A stretch of DNA of 63,340 nucleotides, counting the filler, from Octopus bimaculoides (lineage: Eukaryota): NCBI RefSeq assembly GCF_001194135.2. It is 10 parts of 9 records of this genome, joined end to end, with 100 filler letters (N's around TTAATTAATTAA, not from the genome) between each part and the next. Parts side by side here need not be neighbours in the genome. Positions count along the whole stretch, not along the records: positions 1 to 11,616 come from NC_068983.1; positions 11,717 to 26,437 come from NC_068991.1; 8 more parts are not named here. One strand, written 5' to 3'. A model generated the notes under the pieces. It was not told the origin of the DNA. It did not search any database and saw only the letters and a program-made list of their open reading frames with translations. Shown here one piece after another: positions 1 through 12,231 of this stretch. Both the position numbers and the translations under genes were made by a program. Each line of letters opens with the position of its first letter. Within the stretch, counting starts at the first letter, position 1.

Positions 1-619
1 GATATTGCTCCAATCTGGCCAGCCCCAAGGAAAAACTAAGCTAAGAGCATTAGATTCCTTGGAAGAAAGCAGCGAATGTATACAAAAAACAAGGACGGGA
101 AAAAAACGAACAATGTTACACAAATACAATAGTACAAATACAGTAAGAATAATAATAGGACAAAACAACCGATGTCTTTCGACTAAGGACGAATTAAATT
201 AAGCTGGTGTGTATGGCAATAAGGCCTTACAGCAGGGATACAAGATTTCACAGGCACAGGGAGGAATAAGGATGTTGCACGTACAACGGCCGGACAAGAA
301 AGAAAGGTCAGGCTTGGCCGAACACCGGTCACGTGAGAAGAGAAGAGAGAGAAGTAGAGGCAGGGGCAGAAAGGAATTAAAGAGGGGCGAGAAAAAATGA
401 CAGGCACACAGTGAAGTGAAAAGTGGATGGAAAGTGAGCAAGAATAGAAGGCAAGGAAATGTGAGCGAGAGGGAACAAAAGAACGAACAGTGGAATGAAC
501 GAATAAGGGTGAAGGGGCTGATAGACAGAAATAGAGTCATATAAATACATGCATATATAGACAGATAGATAGATATACTTATATATATATGTGTGCATGT
601 GCGTGTGCGTGTGTGTGTG

Positions 620-2030
620 TACAGAGTATCCCAAAAATTGTATGCACCTGTCGTAGGGATATTCGGCAGAGTCTTAAACTCACCGCCTAAAAATCAAGCC
701 CAGATCGCTGTGTTTGAACGACTAATCGTTAGAATTGAATGATAAGAAGATTTCTACTTTTGGTTTTCATAAGTCTAATAATTTGGTTGAGAAGAGAGAT
801 GGATGCAAGAAACAAGAAGTCCGTGGGAAACTCCAAAAGACAAAAATTTTTAAACAACAGAATGACAGAAAAATGTTTTTGTTAAGTTAAATAGTTCAAC
901 AACTTTTGTAAGGTCAGTGATGACTAAGAGGAGGTGTCAAGTGATGAATTTGTTAGAGATTTGTGAGGTCATTCCTTTACACACGTCATCAACAATTGAG
1001 CGAATCGCATTCGTGTTTCTACCAGAGATTTAATTGGTCAGTCGGCCACTGACGTCAATCTCCAACAAATTTCTAGTCGTTTGAACACAGTGATCTGGGT
1101 TCGATTTCTAGCCATTGGGTTTGTGTTTAGAACTCTGCCAATATTCCTTTTACACACATATTGAATGGTTATAAAGCCAGTGTTCATTAAAATACATTTC
1201 TTTTTCAAAATTCAGTAGAATCTACAAACGGAATTCACTTCTATTCTCAAACTGATGACCGTTCTGGTCTAGGCACTGACGATTATGCCCAAGAACAATC
1301 AGAAACACCAAGAAACGTTTCGTTGTGTACAGTCTCGTTCAATGGCTTCCCTCAATTCGTCGACTGTAACCATTTTTGCACCGTATATTTTATCTCTAAA
1401 GTATCCCCACACAAATGTCTCGTGGTGTGAATTCCTGTGAACATGGAGAGTATTCTACTGAACCTCCTCGTACAAACCACCTGCTTGGCAAAATTTTATC
1501 AAGGTAGTGAGCCAGTACCCATCTTACTGAAAATAAAACTCCACCTCATCGAAGTTTCCTTGAATGTTTGACTTGAGAAATTGTAGCAAATTCGAGTAAA
1601 AAAACAACGGTCTGTTTAATGATAAGTCGCATTATATTGTAACTCCTAGTAAATTAACATGGTGTTTTTTGTAATATGCAGATCCTCAGTTCTCCAATAG
1701 GTGCAACTGCGGTGATACTTTGTCTGAAAATGAGCATCTACTACACATCTTGTTATTTTGCCAAGTACCTCTCGTAAAACTTCACTCTTCGGCCCGGATC
1801 CTTTTCACCGAAAACATGGGATTTTCCTGAAACGCAAATTTTCCAATAACAGCACTTTAAAATGCGAGAGACGCTTGATTTTGAAATTTCGTGACTCGCT
1901 TGCAAAACAGATTTTCTTGAATTCTGGCAACATGTTTCTTATATTCTTTCTTGCTTTGTGGAGATCGTTGATGTCACGGCTTTCTGGAATGTTTCTATCA
2001 CCAATAGAAGGATTTTTTTTAGCACGAAAC
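620..2030 (-). mobile_element. Degenerate Tc1/mariner-superfamily DNA transposon (transposase pseudogene)
   Basis: Manual minus-strand translation gives SSVSRILKCCYWK...DPGRRVKFYERYL (~1750-1880), FYFQ*DG (~1520-1545) and VWGYFRDKIYGAKMVTVDELREAIERDC (~1340-1420). These match the IS630-Tc1-mariner layout (FQQDG...WGYLK..VY), with stops and frameshifts. A TIR-like end TACAGAGTATCCCAAAA lies at 620; the other TIR was not found. Confidence 0.8.
656..1147. mobile_element. MITE-like element with ~75-bp imperfect terminal inverted repeats, nested in the Tc1 relic
   Basis: 656-733 (GGGATATTCGGCAGAG...CCCAGATCGCTGTGTTTGAACGACTA) is an imperfect reverse complement of 1073-1147 (TAGTCGTTTGAACACAGTGATCTGGG...CTCTGCCAATATTCC). 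No coding capacity inside. Confidence 0.6.
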
Positions 2031-2249
2031 CGTTCGGTAACATAAATTGTCTGATAGGGGGCTAGAGTTATAATTCTATATAAACAAATGATATACAGAT
2101 GTGTGAATGTAGATATGCATGCGCGGGCATGCGCGCGCACACACACGCGCTCACATATATATGCACACACACACACACACACACACACATACATATGCAC
2201 GCACTTGCACATACAAATGGAGTCTAAAATAACTGACGAAGTGTTGGAC

Positions 2250-2283
<34 letters not shown>

Positions 2284-2330
2284 TCGAAAAATACCTTAGG
2301 AATGAGAACCCAGGTTCGAAATTTCCCCAG

Positions 2331-2376
2331 GACACCTGATGAAGGCTGGAGGATATATCAGCCGAAACGTTGTATT
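2331..2376 (+). ncRNA. Minimal type-I hammerhead-ribozyme-like motif (Penelope-type)
   Basis: GACAC-CTGATGA-A-GGCTG(GAGGATATAT)CAGCC-GAAAC-GTT-GTATT. The conserved core is intact, stem II has 5 bp, stem III is the palindromic ACGT, and stem I (GACAC/GTATT) has one mismatch. Confidence 0.6.
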
Positions 2377-2439
2377 AACAACAAACAAGATGAGGACAAA
2401 TATCCGTCAATTGTAAATAACGTAAATAATGATTATGGT

Positions 2440-4612
2440 ACTCTAAAAATGAGCATAATCAAAGAATTGAAAGCCACAAATCTCAGTATGGACCACCGAC
2501 TGTTCCTCTCAAAAATTAAAATTGATAATAAACCATCAATAATAAGTAGCATGAACCTGGCCATCACAGAACTAATAGCCTCTGTGGCCACAAAAGAAGC
2601 TGGATACCCCCTAAAACCCATCCAGACAGGAGTAACACCACCCAAACAAACTCTGTGGATAAATAATATCCAGAAAAAAATAAGAAAATAAGAGAAAGGA
2701 TCTGTCAAACCTTAATGAAACTAGTAGACAATCAACGCTACTAATCAACAAAAAGAGAGGAAAAATACTACGTAAATACAAAATTACAGAATAAGATATA
2801 CCTGAGGTAAATTAAGATGTTCTCGCCAAAGCACAAAGAATCTGCAGGTATGAGAAACGCCAAAGGTTTCTTTGAACAAACCAAACAGTTCAACTCCAAC
2901 CCTGAAAGATTTTACCAAGAATCAAATAGAGATCAATGCAGCAGAAGTGGAAGAAGTTGGGGAAGAAATATGGTCGGCGAAGGAACAATTTCAGAAAAGA
3001 TCTATCAAAACAATGAACACAGCACCTAAACAACTCTGGACCCTTATAAAAAAATTAAGAAGTCACCCAAGCACTGCAAAAACAAAGCAATTGGAAGGCA
3101 CCTGGCACGACGAGATCTCCAACTTCTGGTTAAAATATCTAACAGGAACACATAAAAAGCCGACTGAGAAATTTAATGAAATACTAGTAGAGCCAGAGAC
3201 AATGCCTGAATGGCTCACGGAAGGGAAAACTATCCTAATTCCCAAATCCACTGAAACGGCAAACCCTCAAAATTACAGACCGATAACATGTCTCCCTACA
3301 ATTTACAAAGCTTTTATGGCAATAATATCGCTGAGAATGGGCAAACACCTGGAAGAAAACAACCTGTTTCCAGAAGAACAGAAGGCATGCTGCAAGGGCT
3401 CATACGGCTGTAAAGATCAGCTACTGATCAATAAAGCCATAACTGAAGACAGCCGCAGAAAGAAGGGTCTAAGTATGGCTCCTCAAACATGGATCTTAGA
3501 AACACTAGCCATGAACAAGGTAACACCAATAATCATAAAATATATAAAACATTCCATGAATAAATAGCAGACAGTGCTACAACTCTAGACAAAAGAGGGA
3601 CTCATAAAAACCAAAGCCATCCCCATTAGAAGAGGAATATTCCAGGGAGACACGCTCTCTCCACTCCTTTTCTGCTTGGCATTGACACCTTTATCTGACA
3701 TGCTAAACAGAACTGGATGTGGATACAACTGTTACGGCAAAACAACCAGCCATCTCTTGTATATGGATGATCTAAAACCGTACGCTACAAACAATAAACG
3801 GCTGGAAAAATTACTACAGACAGTACATGGATTTACCAAAGAAATAAACATGAAATTTGGCTTAGAAAAATGTACCAAAGCAACCTTGAAAAGAGGAAAA
3901 CTAGTCAAGAGTAGCAACATCACACTAGATAAAGCAAATAAAATAAGAGAATTAGACCAAAGCCAGACATACAAATACTTAGGAATCAATGAACTAAATA
4001 CGATACAACACACACAAATGAAAGAGAAGATAAAAATGTAATACTATAGACGAGTTAGATCAATACTGAAAACAGAGCTCAATGCGAAAAACAAGATATT
4101 AAGTATCAACACTCTAGCCGTCCCAGTTATAAGTTACAGCTACAATATCCTTAAGTGGACTCTAAATGAACTAATCAAAATCGACAAGAAAGCAAGAAAA
4201 ATAACGACAGGATTTGGGATGCACCACCCAAAATCTGACATAGAAAGGCTATATATACAACGTATCGAAGGTGTTAGAGGCCTTATACAGCTAGAAGACT
4301 ATTACAAAATAACCACCATAGGACTACAGAAATACCTACTTCAGAAGCAAGAAAAACTAATACAAAGAGCCATAAAACACGAACAAAACAAAAAACTCTT
4401 TTCAGTCTTTAAGGAAGCTGACAAAGCAAAAAAGAAGTCATAGTACCTAACAACTATAAAGATAAAGAAGAAGCAACAAAAGCTGTAAAACAGCTGAAAT
4501 CCAAACTAAAACTGGAACAGAAACGGATCATGATATAACGATGGCAAGAAAAGCCCCTTCATGACAAATATTGAGCTAAACTAAACAGAAGAGAAATAGA
4601 CAAAGCAAAATT
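2440..4612 (+). mobile_element. R4/Dong-clade non-LTR retrotransposon, reverse-transcriptase region, decayed and 3'-truncated
   Basis: ORF pieces 2872-3567, 3676-4041 and 4219-4443 carry QNYRPITCLPTIYK, KDQLLINKAI, HLLYMDDLK, FGLEKC, YKYLG and MHHPKSDIERLY. GIFQGDTLSPLLFCL is read manually at ~3633-3678. Confidence 0.88.
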
Positions 4613-5790
4613 TGGCCAAATTTCTTGTAATCATAAGTAGAGTTACGGGCCTAAAATTATCCATTCAGTCCCCCTTATTCGAGCCTTTTCTCAACAATAC
4701 CATCACACCACGGCTCACAGCAATAGGAATTCTCTCGTTCTGCTACCAGAACGGGAGTAGCATGCGCCCATCCCATCAAAGACCAAATGGTGACTTTGTC
4801 GCCAAGTTGCGCCTCCGCCACTCAGGACCATCTAACGGCTTTCATTTCCTCGCATTTTTAATTTGGCTGCCCTGCCCTGTAGGGTCGTACACAGTCACTA
4901 ATCTAGAAGCATCACCTTCGCTATTGCTCACATCCAGGACCACCAACTTACAATCCGGATCCAGGAAGGTCGTCCGTATCTCGAGATCCAGGCCTTCCCT
5001 AAACAGTATTGCTACCCCGTCTTCCTTTCCAGGTAAAGACAAACATGCGTAAATTCCAAAGTCGTCAAAATTGTGAGCTAGTGTGCACGTGTTAGAAACT
5101 CTGGTCTCGCTGGCAGCTAGGACATCCAAACCTAGGGATCTGAGGTCATTGAGCAAGCGACCTTGCACCCTGGACGACTCCAGATCACGTACATTTATAC
5201 AGCCTACTCACTATGTTGGCCTGAAAGAGTTTAGAGAAAGTAAAAGTGTGAGGTTACTTATCCTCCAGGCTGTTGGAGGGTGGGTGACCCGACCTTCGAA
5301 TCTGGTTGGGGTTCTTTTGGGAACAACTTTAAAAATCTTCTGGTGGTCTTAGCTTTAGGGTTCCCACGTCGTAGGGGAAAATCTTCCAAATGTTTTTTGC
5401 ATCTCTAGTGGCATGAGTACGTACATTAAAGTTTCTGGTTGGTGTTCTAAATTTCAACCCTTCTCTCAATGTCTTTATTTCGTGCTATGAAGGCCATCAA
5501 TCCTTCGTTGACATGGAATTTGACTTTTTGTTATGTGAGCTTTCTTTTGAGGGTCAGGTGGGTTGTGACAGTATTGGTGATACAGGCAGTATTGGTGACT
5601 GTTGAGCTGGTAAAATTGGTGACTGTTGAGCTGGTAAAGTTCGTATTGTTGTCGGTGTGTCTGTGTTGTTGTGACAGCGTTTTCTATGTTTTCTGGTGTG
5701 TGTTTGGTATCCATATTGTGTATTGTTCAATGCATGTGACAGAAGTGCAATTAAAAAAATTAATAGAGACAATGAGTTTCCTTGGAATAT
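4612..5790 (-). mobile_element. Tx1/L1-like LINE fragment (APE endonuclease start joined to RT start by internal deletion)
   Basis: ORF 4842-5168 (LDVLAASETRV...GVAILFR...KLVVLDV...RLVTVYDP) is an APE N-terminus. The minus strand at ~4615-4740 reads RGVMVLLRKGSNKGD*MDNFRPVTLL, an RT start. The upstream portion (5170-5790) is assigned only by contiguity. Confidence 0.75.
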
Positions 5791-5806
5791 ACCTCGTTTA
5801 ATCTTG

Positions 5807-5990
5807 TGGAGGCGCGTAGCTTAGTGGTTAGGGTGTTGAACTTACGATCGTAAGACTGTGGCTTCGATTCCTGGACCGGGCGATGCATTGTGTTCTTGAT
5901 CAAAACACTTCATTTCACGTTGCACCAGCCCAGTCAGCTGTAGAAATGAGTTTAACCTGGAGAGGAGGCTTTCTCACCCTAGATATGTTG
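5807..5990 (+). mobile_element. tRNA-derived SINE (family A)
   Basis: A-box-like TAGCTTAGTGG and B-box-like GGCTTCGATTCC. The body is shared with the copies at 6715-7080. Confidence 0.75.
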
Positions 5991-6714
5991 CAGCGCCCCC
6001 CAAGGGGTTAAGGGACTTGTCTTGTAAATCTTAATGCTGATTATAGAGCAAGCTAAAATAGAATGCTGTGACTTTCGTACCTGTCCTTAAGATATCAAAA
6101 GCATACATTGATAGTTTTGTTTGTCGTGAGTTAACTGTTTTGTCCAGGTAACTACTTAGAGATTGACAAATCGGTTACAGGGAGTTAAGAGTGCTGAGCA
6201 GAGATTTTACTGTTATGAGTTTAATGTCTTGTCCACAGACAGAATGCAATACACAATTTCGTTTGCTTATCTGGTATGTCTGCTCGGCTAGCTACCGTCC
6301 CTTCACACCTGTATGATTTAGTATTAAAAAATTAAGGTAGCTAAAGTCAGTTAATTATATCTCACTTTGAATATATTTTCAGTAATCCCTCCAGGCAATA
6401 TTTTTACGAATTTTGTTTCTGTTTGAATTATATAATACTTCTTACAATGAAAACAAAAGCTTACACGACCATATTTAGTCACATCATCTTTAATGAAGGG
6501 TCTCCAGGAAGATAAAATCTGACAGCTGAAATAGAACATTTGTTAGAAAATAAAAGCATATAATTTGTATGTAATTAAGAATAGATCAAAGATGACTCAT
6601 AAAAATAATTCTCATATATTTTCGGGTCATATTTAAAAGTAATTTTTTCATAAAAGTCTTACTTAAGCCGTGAGAAAGAAAAATAGTGGTACGAGGTATC
6701 AACAAGTGAGTGAG

Positions 6715-7080
6715 CTTGTGAGTTTATTTTATTGAGTTTAGATGCGTGGGGTTCACAATCATGAGGTAGTGAGTTCAATTCCTGGACCGGGCTGTGTGTT
6801 GAGTTCTTGAGCCAGACACTTTATTTCACGTTGAAATGAGTTACGATGTCACTGGTACCAAACTGTATCGGCTTTTGCCTTTCCCTTAGATAACATCGAT
6901 GGCGTGGAGCGGGGAGGCTGGTATGCATGGACAACTGCTGGTATTTTCATACGAAGGATTCATGACCTAGAGGTTAAGGTGTTGCACTCATGATCACACG
7001 ATGGTGGTTTCAATACCTAGACCGGGTGGTGCGTTGTGTTCTTGAGCAAAACACTCCATCCCACGTTGGTCTGCGACAAC
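6715..7080 (+). mobile_element. Two tandem SINE family A copies
   Basis: Repeated head ...GTTCAATTCCTGGACCGGG / ...TTTCAATACCTAGACCGGG followed by GTGTTCTTGAGC....CACT, as at 5807-5990. Confidence 0.7.
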
Positions 7081-7670
7081 TTCAATACCTGCCGAGTGGT
7101 ATACCACAATGTTCACGCATATTTATGCAGGTCGTTCCACAAAAGCTAAACACTCATACGCCGTCTTGGACGGGAGAGTCCACCATGTTTATGTAGATTT
7201 ATGCAGGTGTATCCTTCTTTTTGTATATATTTGTGTGAGTGGGTGCGTGTGATTTGAGTTTCGCACACGTTTCATATATTCACATGGTGAAAGTAATCTT
7301 TCCTGGTAGAAAGAAAACAATGTTTGTAAAGAATACAATGTTTGTAGCCACAAGTGGTCATTGTTGAATTGGGAGTATACAACATTGTTCCCACATTTGC
7401 ACAAGTTCACACATACAAACACTGATTGAACAAAGGCATTCTGGCTTTGTCCTAAGTCACTAACAGGAAGTAAATGCATTATCACTGATTGGATACAATA
7501 TCACAAGGATATATTTCAAGCATATGCATTATCAAAGGAAAACTACATTTCAATAATGCGTGTCAGTTGTCCAACAAACATGAAAGAATTCTTTTTATGG
7601 TAAAAATAGAAGAAAAGGTATGAAACTTAAGGAAACTAAATCTCGTAGTGACCAGGGGCAATACCAGTAA

Positions 7671-7881
7671 TAATCCTTTCTACTATAGGCACAAGGTTAG
7701 GAAATTTGGGGGCGGGGTAAGTTGATTACTTCGAACCCAGTGTTCAGCTGATGCTTATTTTATCGACATTGACTAGATGAAAGGCAAAGTCGACCTCGGT
7801 GGAATTTGAACTCAAAACAAACAAAATACCGCTAAACATTTCGTCCGGCATGCTAACGATTCTGCCAGCTCACCACCTTCC
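7671..7881 (-). mobile_element. tRNA-derived SINE (family B)
   Basis: Reverse complement of the head GGCGGCGAGCTGGCAGAATCGTTAGC, B box GAGTTCAAATTCC and tail AGTAGAAAGGATTA. At least six similar copies occur in the window. Confidence 0.85.
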
Positions 7882-8089
7882 TAATAATAATAATAATGAT
7901 AACAACCACGACAACAACTAGCGAAATCCATGACAAATTCCACAGTAGAACAAAAAGTATATGTGATGGAAGAAACTCGTATACTTTAAAAGCTTATACT
8001 ACAAATGAAATGTAGTTGGCGACAATTTTAACGGAAATATCCATATACTTTTTGTTCTACCGTGGAATTTGTCATGGATTTCGTTTTGT

Positions 8090-8360
8090 GCCAGCCTCGC
8101 CATGTCTTAATGAGCAATGTTGAGAAAGCTAAGATCATCCAGGCCTTCAGTAATGGTACCAACATTCATTCTCTAAATATCCTGAGGCGAGAGACCCTAA
8201 CCCTAACAAGATTGCTAAGGACTTCAAGTTTAAATTCCAGCAATATGGAGCTCCTAGTCACACAAATGCATTGGCTCAAAACTTTATCAGGGATGAGTTT
8301 GGGAACGGATTTTGGGATAAGGACACCTGGTCCCCCGATTTGAACCTCAATCAACGGTGC
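8090..8360 (+). mobile_element. Tc1/mariner transposase fragment
   Basis: Manual translation of ~8226-8350 gives FKFQQYGAPSHTNALAQNFIRDEFGNGFWDKDTWSPDLN, matching the FQQDGAPSH...W.KD.WPP.SPDLNP catalytic region. Confidence 0.75.
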
Positions 8361-9049
8361 TAGATCGACTGTTCTTATTTGGAGACGATAGTTGGAAACC
8401 AGTTAACAGTTTAATGTCATGATTCAGAGTTAAAATATTAAACTTTTCTGATATTATATTTATTATTCATTTATGGATTTGTTTCATTTAAATATTCATT
8501 CAGAGCTAGTGTGACAGACTTGAAAAACATATTTAATATTTTATTAATGAGGTTTAATAAAATGAAATGTTAAAAAGGCATTTAACTGCTGGTCACTTCT
8601 ATGAGTTAAAAGATCTTATTAATTATTTGTAGATACTTCGAAATTTTATTGTATCTAACATTGGTAACCTTTTGAAAAGACTTTTGCCAATTTGTCCCTC
8701 GCAGTTGAAATTTAAGTCATAAAAACATAAAGGTGATTAAATACGGCCTGTTTGTAGTAATGACTGATGTAAATGAATGTAACTTGTACGTCATTTGATG
8801 TAACCAACAAAATTTTTGGTTCTTTGTATTGTTAAATAACTAATTGGTTTTGTAAGATAATATATATGGTTAAGACAGTGGGGAGTTAAAGCTTGGTAGT
8901 TTAATTGTTAATTCCGCTAATTCTTATTATTTTTCTACCCTTTGCAAACTAATTTCACTTGGGATAAATTTGTAATGTGAACTATAACTATTATGTTTTG
9001 TACTCCATTCTTGCTAATTCATCTGCCTTCTTGTTTGCCATACTATATG

Positions 9050-9320
9050 TGTAGGGGATCTTGCAGGCATGAAGTGGATTCAATTCACCATAGCCAAATT
9101 TAAATTAACACTGCAACAGAACTTTTCTCACGGTGAAACAATGGTTTTTCTCTGACAGCAGTTTTACATTTTCCAGATGCCTTTAGCTCGGCCGAAATAA
9201 TGTCTTCACCACTTGACCCTTTCTAACCTCTTCTACTCCACCAAAAGCTAGAATAGAGATAACAAGACCACCAACTAAATCTATTGTTCTCAATGATATG
9301 TCTATCCTTCTGGATAGTTA
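9050..9320 (+). repeat. Dispersed repeat, homologous to 22180-22520
   Basis: Shared blocks TAGCCAAATTT, ACTTTTCTCACGGT, CCAGATGCCTT, AATAATGTCTTC, TTTCTAACCTCTTCTA and AAATCTATTGTTCTCAAT.ATATGTCTATCCTTCT. Confidence 0.85.
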
Positions 9321-10131
9321 TAAAAGCAAAAAGTTAGTCACTTCGGTGACGACTCAACGAAGTAGTCACTTGGCGACAACGGAGCGAGGCGGCTCGTGAC
9401 GACACAATTACTTAGGGAACGGACTGCTAGAATCATGATCACAAGGAATGCAGCTACTAAAGACAATGGTCAGCGAGAGAAATGAGATTTACTGTCAGCA
9501 ACTGTGAGACAACGTCCCACAACCCTGCAACTTTCACTCGCTCTAATTCTGTTCTCTTACATCATCTATCGCTATCTGTGGATTACTACTTACAATTCGT
9601 ATACGCCAAACTATGCAAAGAAACATTCTACCACATCTTTCTTTCGCATGCTCTCGGATGTTATAACCTGCCCGTCGAGGTATGGTATTTTTTAACATAA
9701 CAGTAAATAAATACTTTCTTAAAACTCCATGCATTGTTCATCTTTCGCATCCTACAACATGCCGTTATAACAACAACAGAACCTAACCGTTACATATGTA
9801 TGTTCTAGTATGTAAATTATTATTTGTTCGCTTGTTTTATATAAATAGTTATCAATTTTTAACTGTATGCTCTCAATTATTTAAGATAACATCTTTTTCT
9901 TGATTGAAATAATTCTAAATTTGGTAAGTATTAAGAAATAAAAAAACACATTCAGCAGACTTCAAAGGGGTTATTCGTTTCGTTTTTTTAATCTAATATT
10001 TTGATTGTATAGAAAACACCAAGTAGTTCCTCACACATTGTCTTAATTAAATCTATCTATACAGGTGCAGGTGGAGCTGTGTGGTAAGAAATTTGCTTCC
10101 CAACCACATCGTTCCGGCTTCAGTCCCAGGC

Positions 10132-11165
10132 AGAAAGGCTGTTATTTTCCTTCCCTTATATTTACAACTATGAATAATCATATCAATACATTAGTATTTG
10201 TTCGTTTGCTTATTTATTATTGTATATACACGTGAATGTACTAATATTAATTGTTAAATTTTAATGTGAAGTTATTTTTATTATAGTGTTGCAATAATGT
10301 ATTTATTTTGTAGCCCCAAACAAAGCATTTTACCAACCTAACTACGATCTGTGGATTTGGCTGGACAGTACACCGAACCGAGAAATCCAGCCAGACACGA
10401 AGGCGTTTGCGACAGATTCAGCAGAGTTGTAGGGAAGTGAGCATACACCATCCTGTGTATCCCAATTCCGTACATTAAATTTCTCAAGGAAGAAAACGGA
10501 ACGCAGACTCTAAACTAAAACAGCACAACAAATATTTTATTACAGTAGAATTTTGCTCACACTAGGAGGGAATTCGGTAGCATGTCGTCTTTTGGGTAGA
10601 TGAGACGCCGTCAATGAAGTTGCGTGGTTGAAGTCATTTCCTCCTCTCTGGTTAACTATGTGGATTCATTGTAGAGTTGACGGAGAGTTGCTGTCGAGAC
10701 GTCTAGCTTCCACGAAGTTCAGCAAGCAAAAGAGGCAGAGAGACGCGGGAACGCTTGGATATTGGATGACCACGCATGCGCATGAGGGACTTCCTGCATT
10801 CCTTCCGGAAGACTAGTCCCTGCGCATGCGTGGATAAACTCCAAAATTGCGACTGGTATCAGGCGACTGGCTGAATCTGTTGCAAAAGCCTTCGTGTCTG
10901 GCTGGATTTCTCGGTTCGGAGCACTGTCCAGCCTAACCACAGATCGGAGTTAGGCTGGTAAAATGCTTTGTTTGGGGCTACAAAATAAATACATTATTGC
11001 AACACTATAATAAAAATAACGTCACATTAAAATTTAACGATTAATATTAATACCTTCACGTGTATATACAATAATAAATAAGCAAACGAACAAATACTAA
11101 TGTATTGATACTAATGTATTCATAGTTGCAAATATAAGGGAAGGATAATAACAAATAGCCTTTCT
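10132..11165. repeat. Foldback: ~290-bp inverted arms (10132-10422 / 10870-11165) around a ~440-bp LTR-like core
   Basis: The arms align by eye as reverse complements over long stretches, e.g. GTAGCCCCAAACAAAGCATTTTACCA / TGGTAAAATGCTTTGTTTGGGGCTAC, with scattered substitutions. Confidence 0.92.
10428..10861 (-). mobile_element. Solo-LTR-like sequence, same family as 42414-42740
   Basis: TGTAGGGAAGTG..ATACACCATC..TTCCGTACATTAAAT and TTGGATATT.GATGAC.ACGCATGCGCA are shared with the 42.4-kb copy, which abuts a tRNA PBS. Confidence 0.6.
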
Positions 11166-11335
11166 ACTATAGGTACAAGGTCTGAAACCTGTGGGGAACG
11201 GTAAGTCGATTGCATCGACTCCAGTGCTCGACTGGTACTTAGTTCTTTGACCAGGAGAAGATAGAAGGCAAAGTCGACGGCATTTGAACTCCGAACATAA
11301 AAACGGACGAGATTCCGCTAAGCATTTTGGTCAGC

Positions 11336-11338
<3 letters not shown>
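11158..11338 (-). mobile_element. SINE family B
   Basis: CCTTTCTACTATAGG...GAAGGCAAAGTCGAC...TTTGAACTC...CCGCTAAGCATTT, matching the other copies. Confidence 0.8.
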
Positions 11339-11403
<65 letters not shown>

Positions 11404-11407
<4 letters not shown>

Positions 11408-11617
11408 GACAATGAATCTCTAAATGCTGGAGATGTAAGAATTTCATGTGGCATTTTCCAGGGTGACTCACTATCACCACTCCTCTTCTGTCTAGCCCTA
11501 ATACCGCTCTCAAAATTGCTCAATGATGCACAGTATGGTTATAAAATATTTGATAAAAATATAAATCATCTCATTTACATGGATGATTTAAAGCTCTTTG
11601 CAAAAAATGACCAACAN
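11404..11617 (+). mobile_element. R4/Dong-type RT fragment directly after (TAA)n, running into a gap
   Basis: GIFQGDSLSPLLFCLALIPLS...HLIYMDDLKLFAKND in ORF 11327-11668. Confidence 0.88.
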
Positions 11618-12231
11618 NNNNNNNNNNNNNNNNNNNNNNNNNNNNNNNNNNNNNNNNNNNTTAATTAATTAANNNNNNNNNNNNNNNNNNNNNNNNNNNN
11701 NNNNNNNNNNNNNNNNTATATATATATATATCAGATGCACCATATATATTAAAATAGTAGGAACACAGAAAACATGAGCGTAATACTCAATTATGTGAAC
11801 AAATGATGCTGGCCCCTTTCGTTGGCATTAATCGGCAAAAATACAGCACAAAGACAGAGGCCCTTCTATATACTATATAAGAACAGTCAGGTTGTCAAAG
11901 GGGAATGGAATAGAGGGAGAATGTAGTGAGAGGGTAATAGAGCATGACAAAGATGTGTGATAGGGTGGAGGAAAGATAAGACTGCTCTCGGGACATACGC
12001 TGCACACAATGCGTATAATAACGTTGATTACATTGCATGTCTATTTCTTTAATGATGTGACGTAATTATCTGATAAGAAAATATAAATTATCAGGTATTA
12101 ATTATCTGCATGAACAAAAAATTCCTACATTCACTAGTTCTCGGCAAAATGCAAAGAAATTGCGCATTATTACAGTAATAGTACAGGTTTTGTCCAGTAC
12201 AATTTTTGTCCTGTAACAATAATGATTTTTT

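Noticed and set aside
5807-5880. tRNA gene candidates at SINE heads
   Set aside because: A/B boxes continue into shared multi-copy SINE bodies, and no complete cloverleaf could be supported.
6345-6545. Plus-strand peptide YLTLNIFSVIPPGNIFTNFVSV resembling an LRR
   Set aside because: It has multiple stops, no convincing splice sites and no 72-nt periodicity, and may be a chance match in AT-rich DNA.
11661-11672. TTAATTAATTAA islands flanked by N runs (also ~26482, 36783, 42331, 46932, 52536, 56926, 58687, 60909)
   Set aside because: The identical 12-mer always sits between N blocks and gives stops in all frames. It is an assembly spacer, not genomic sequence.
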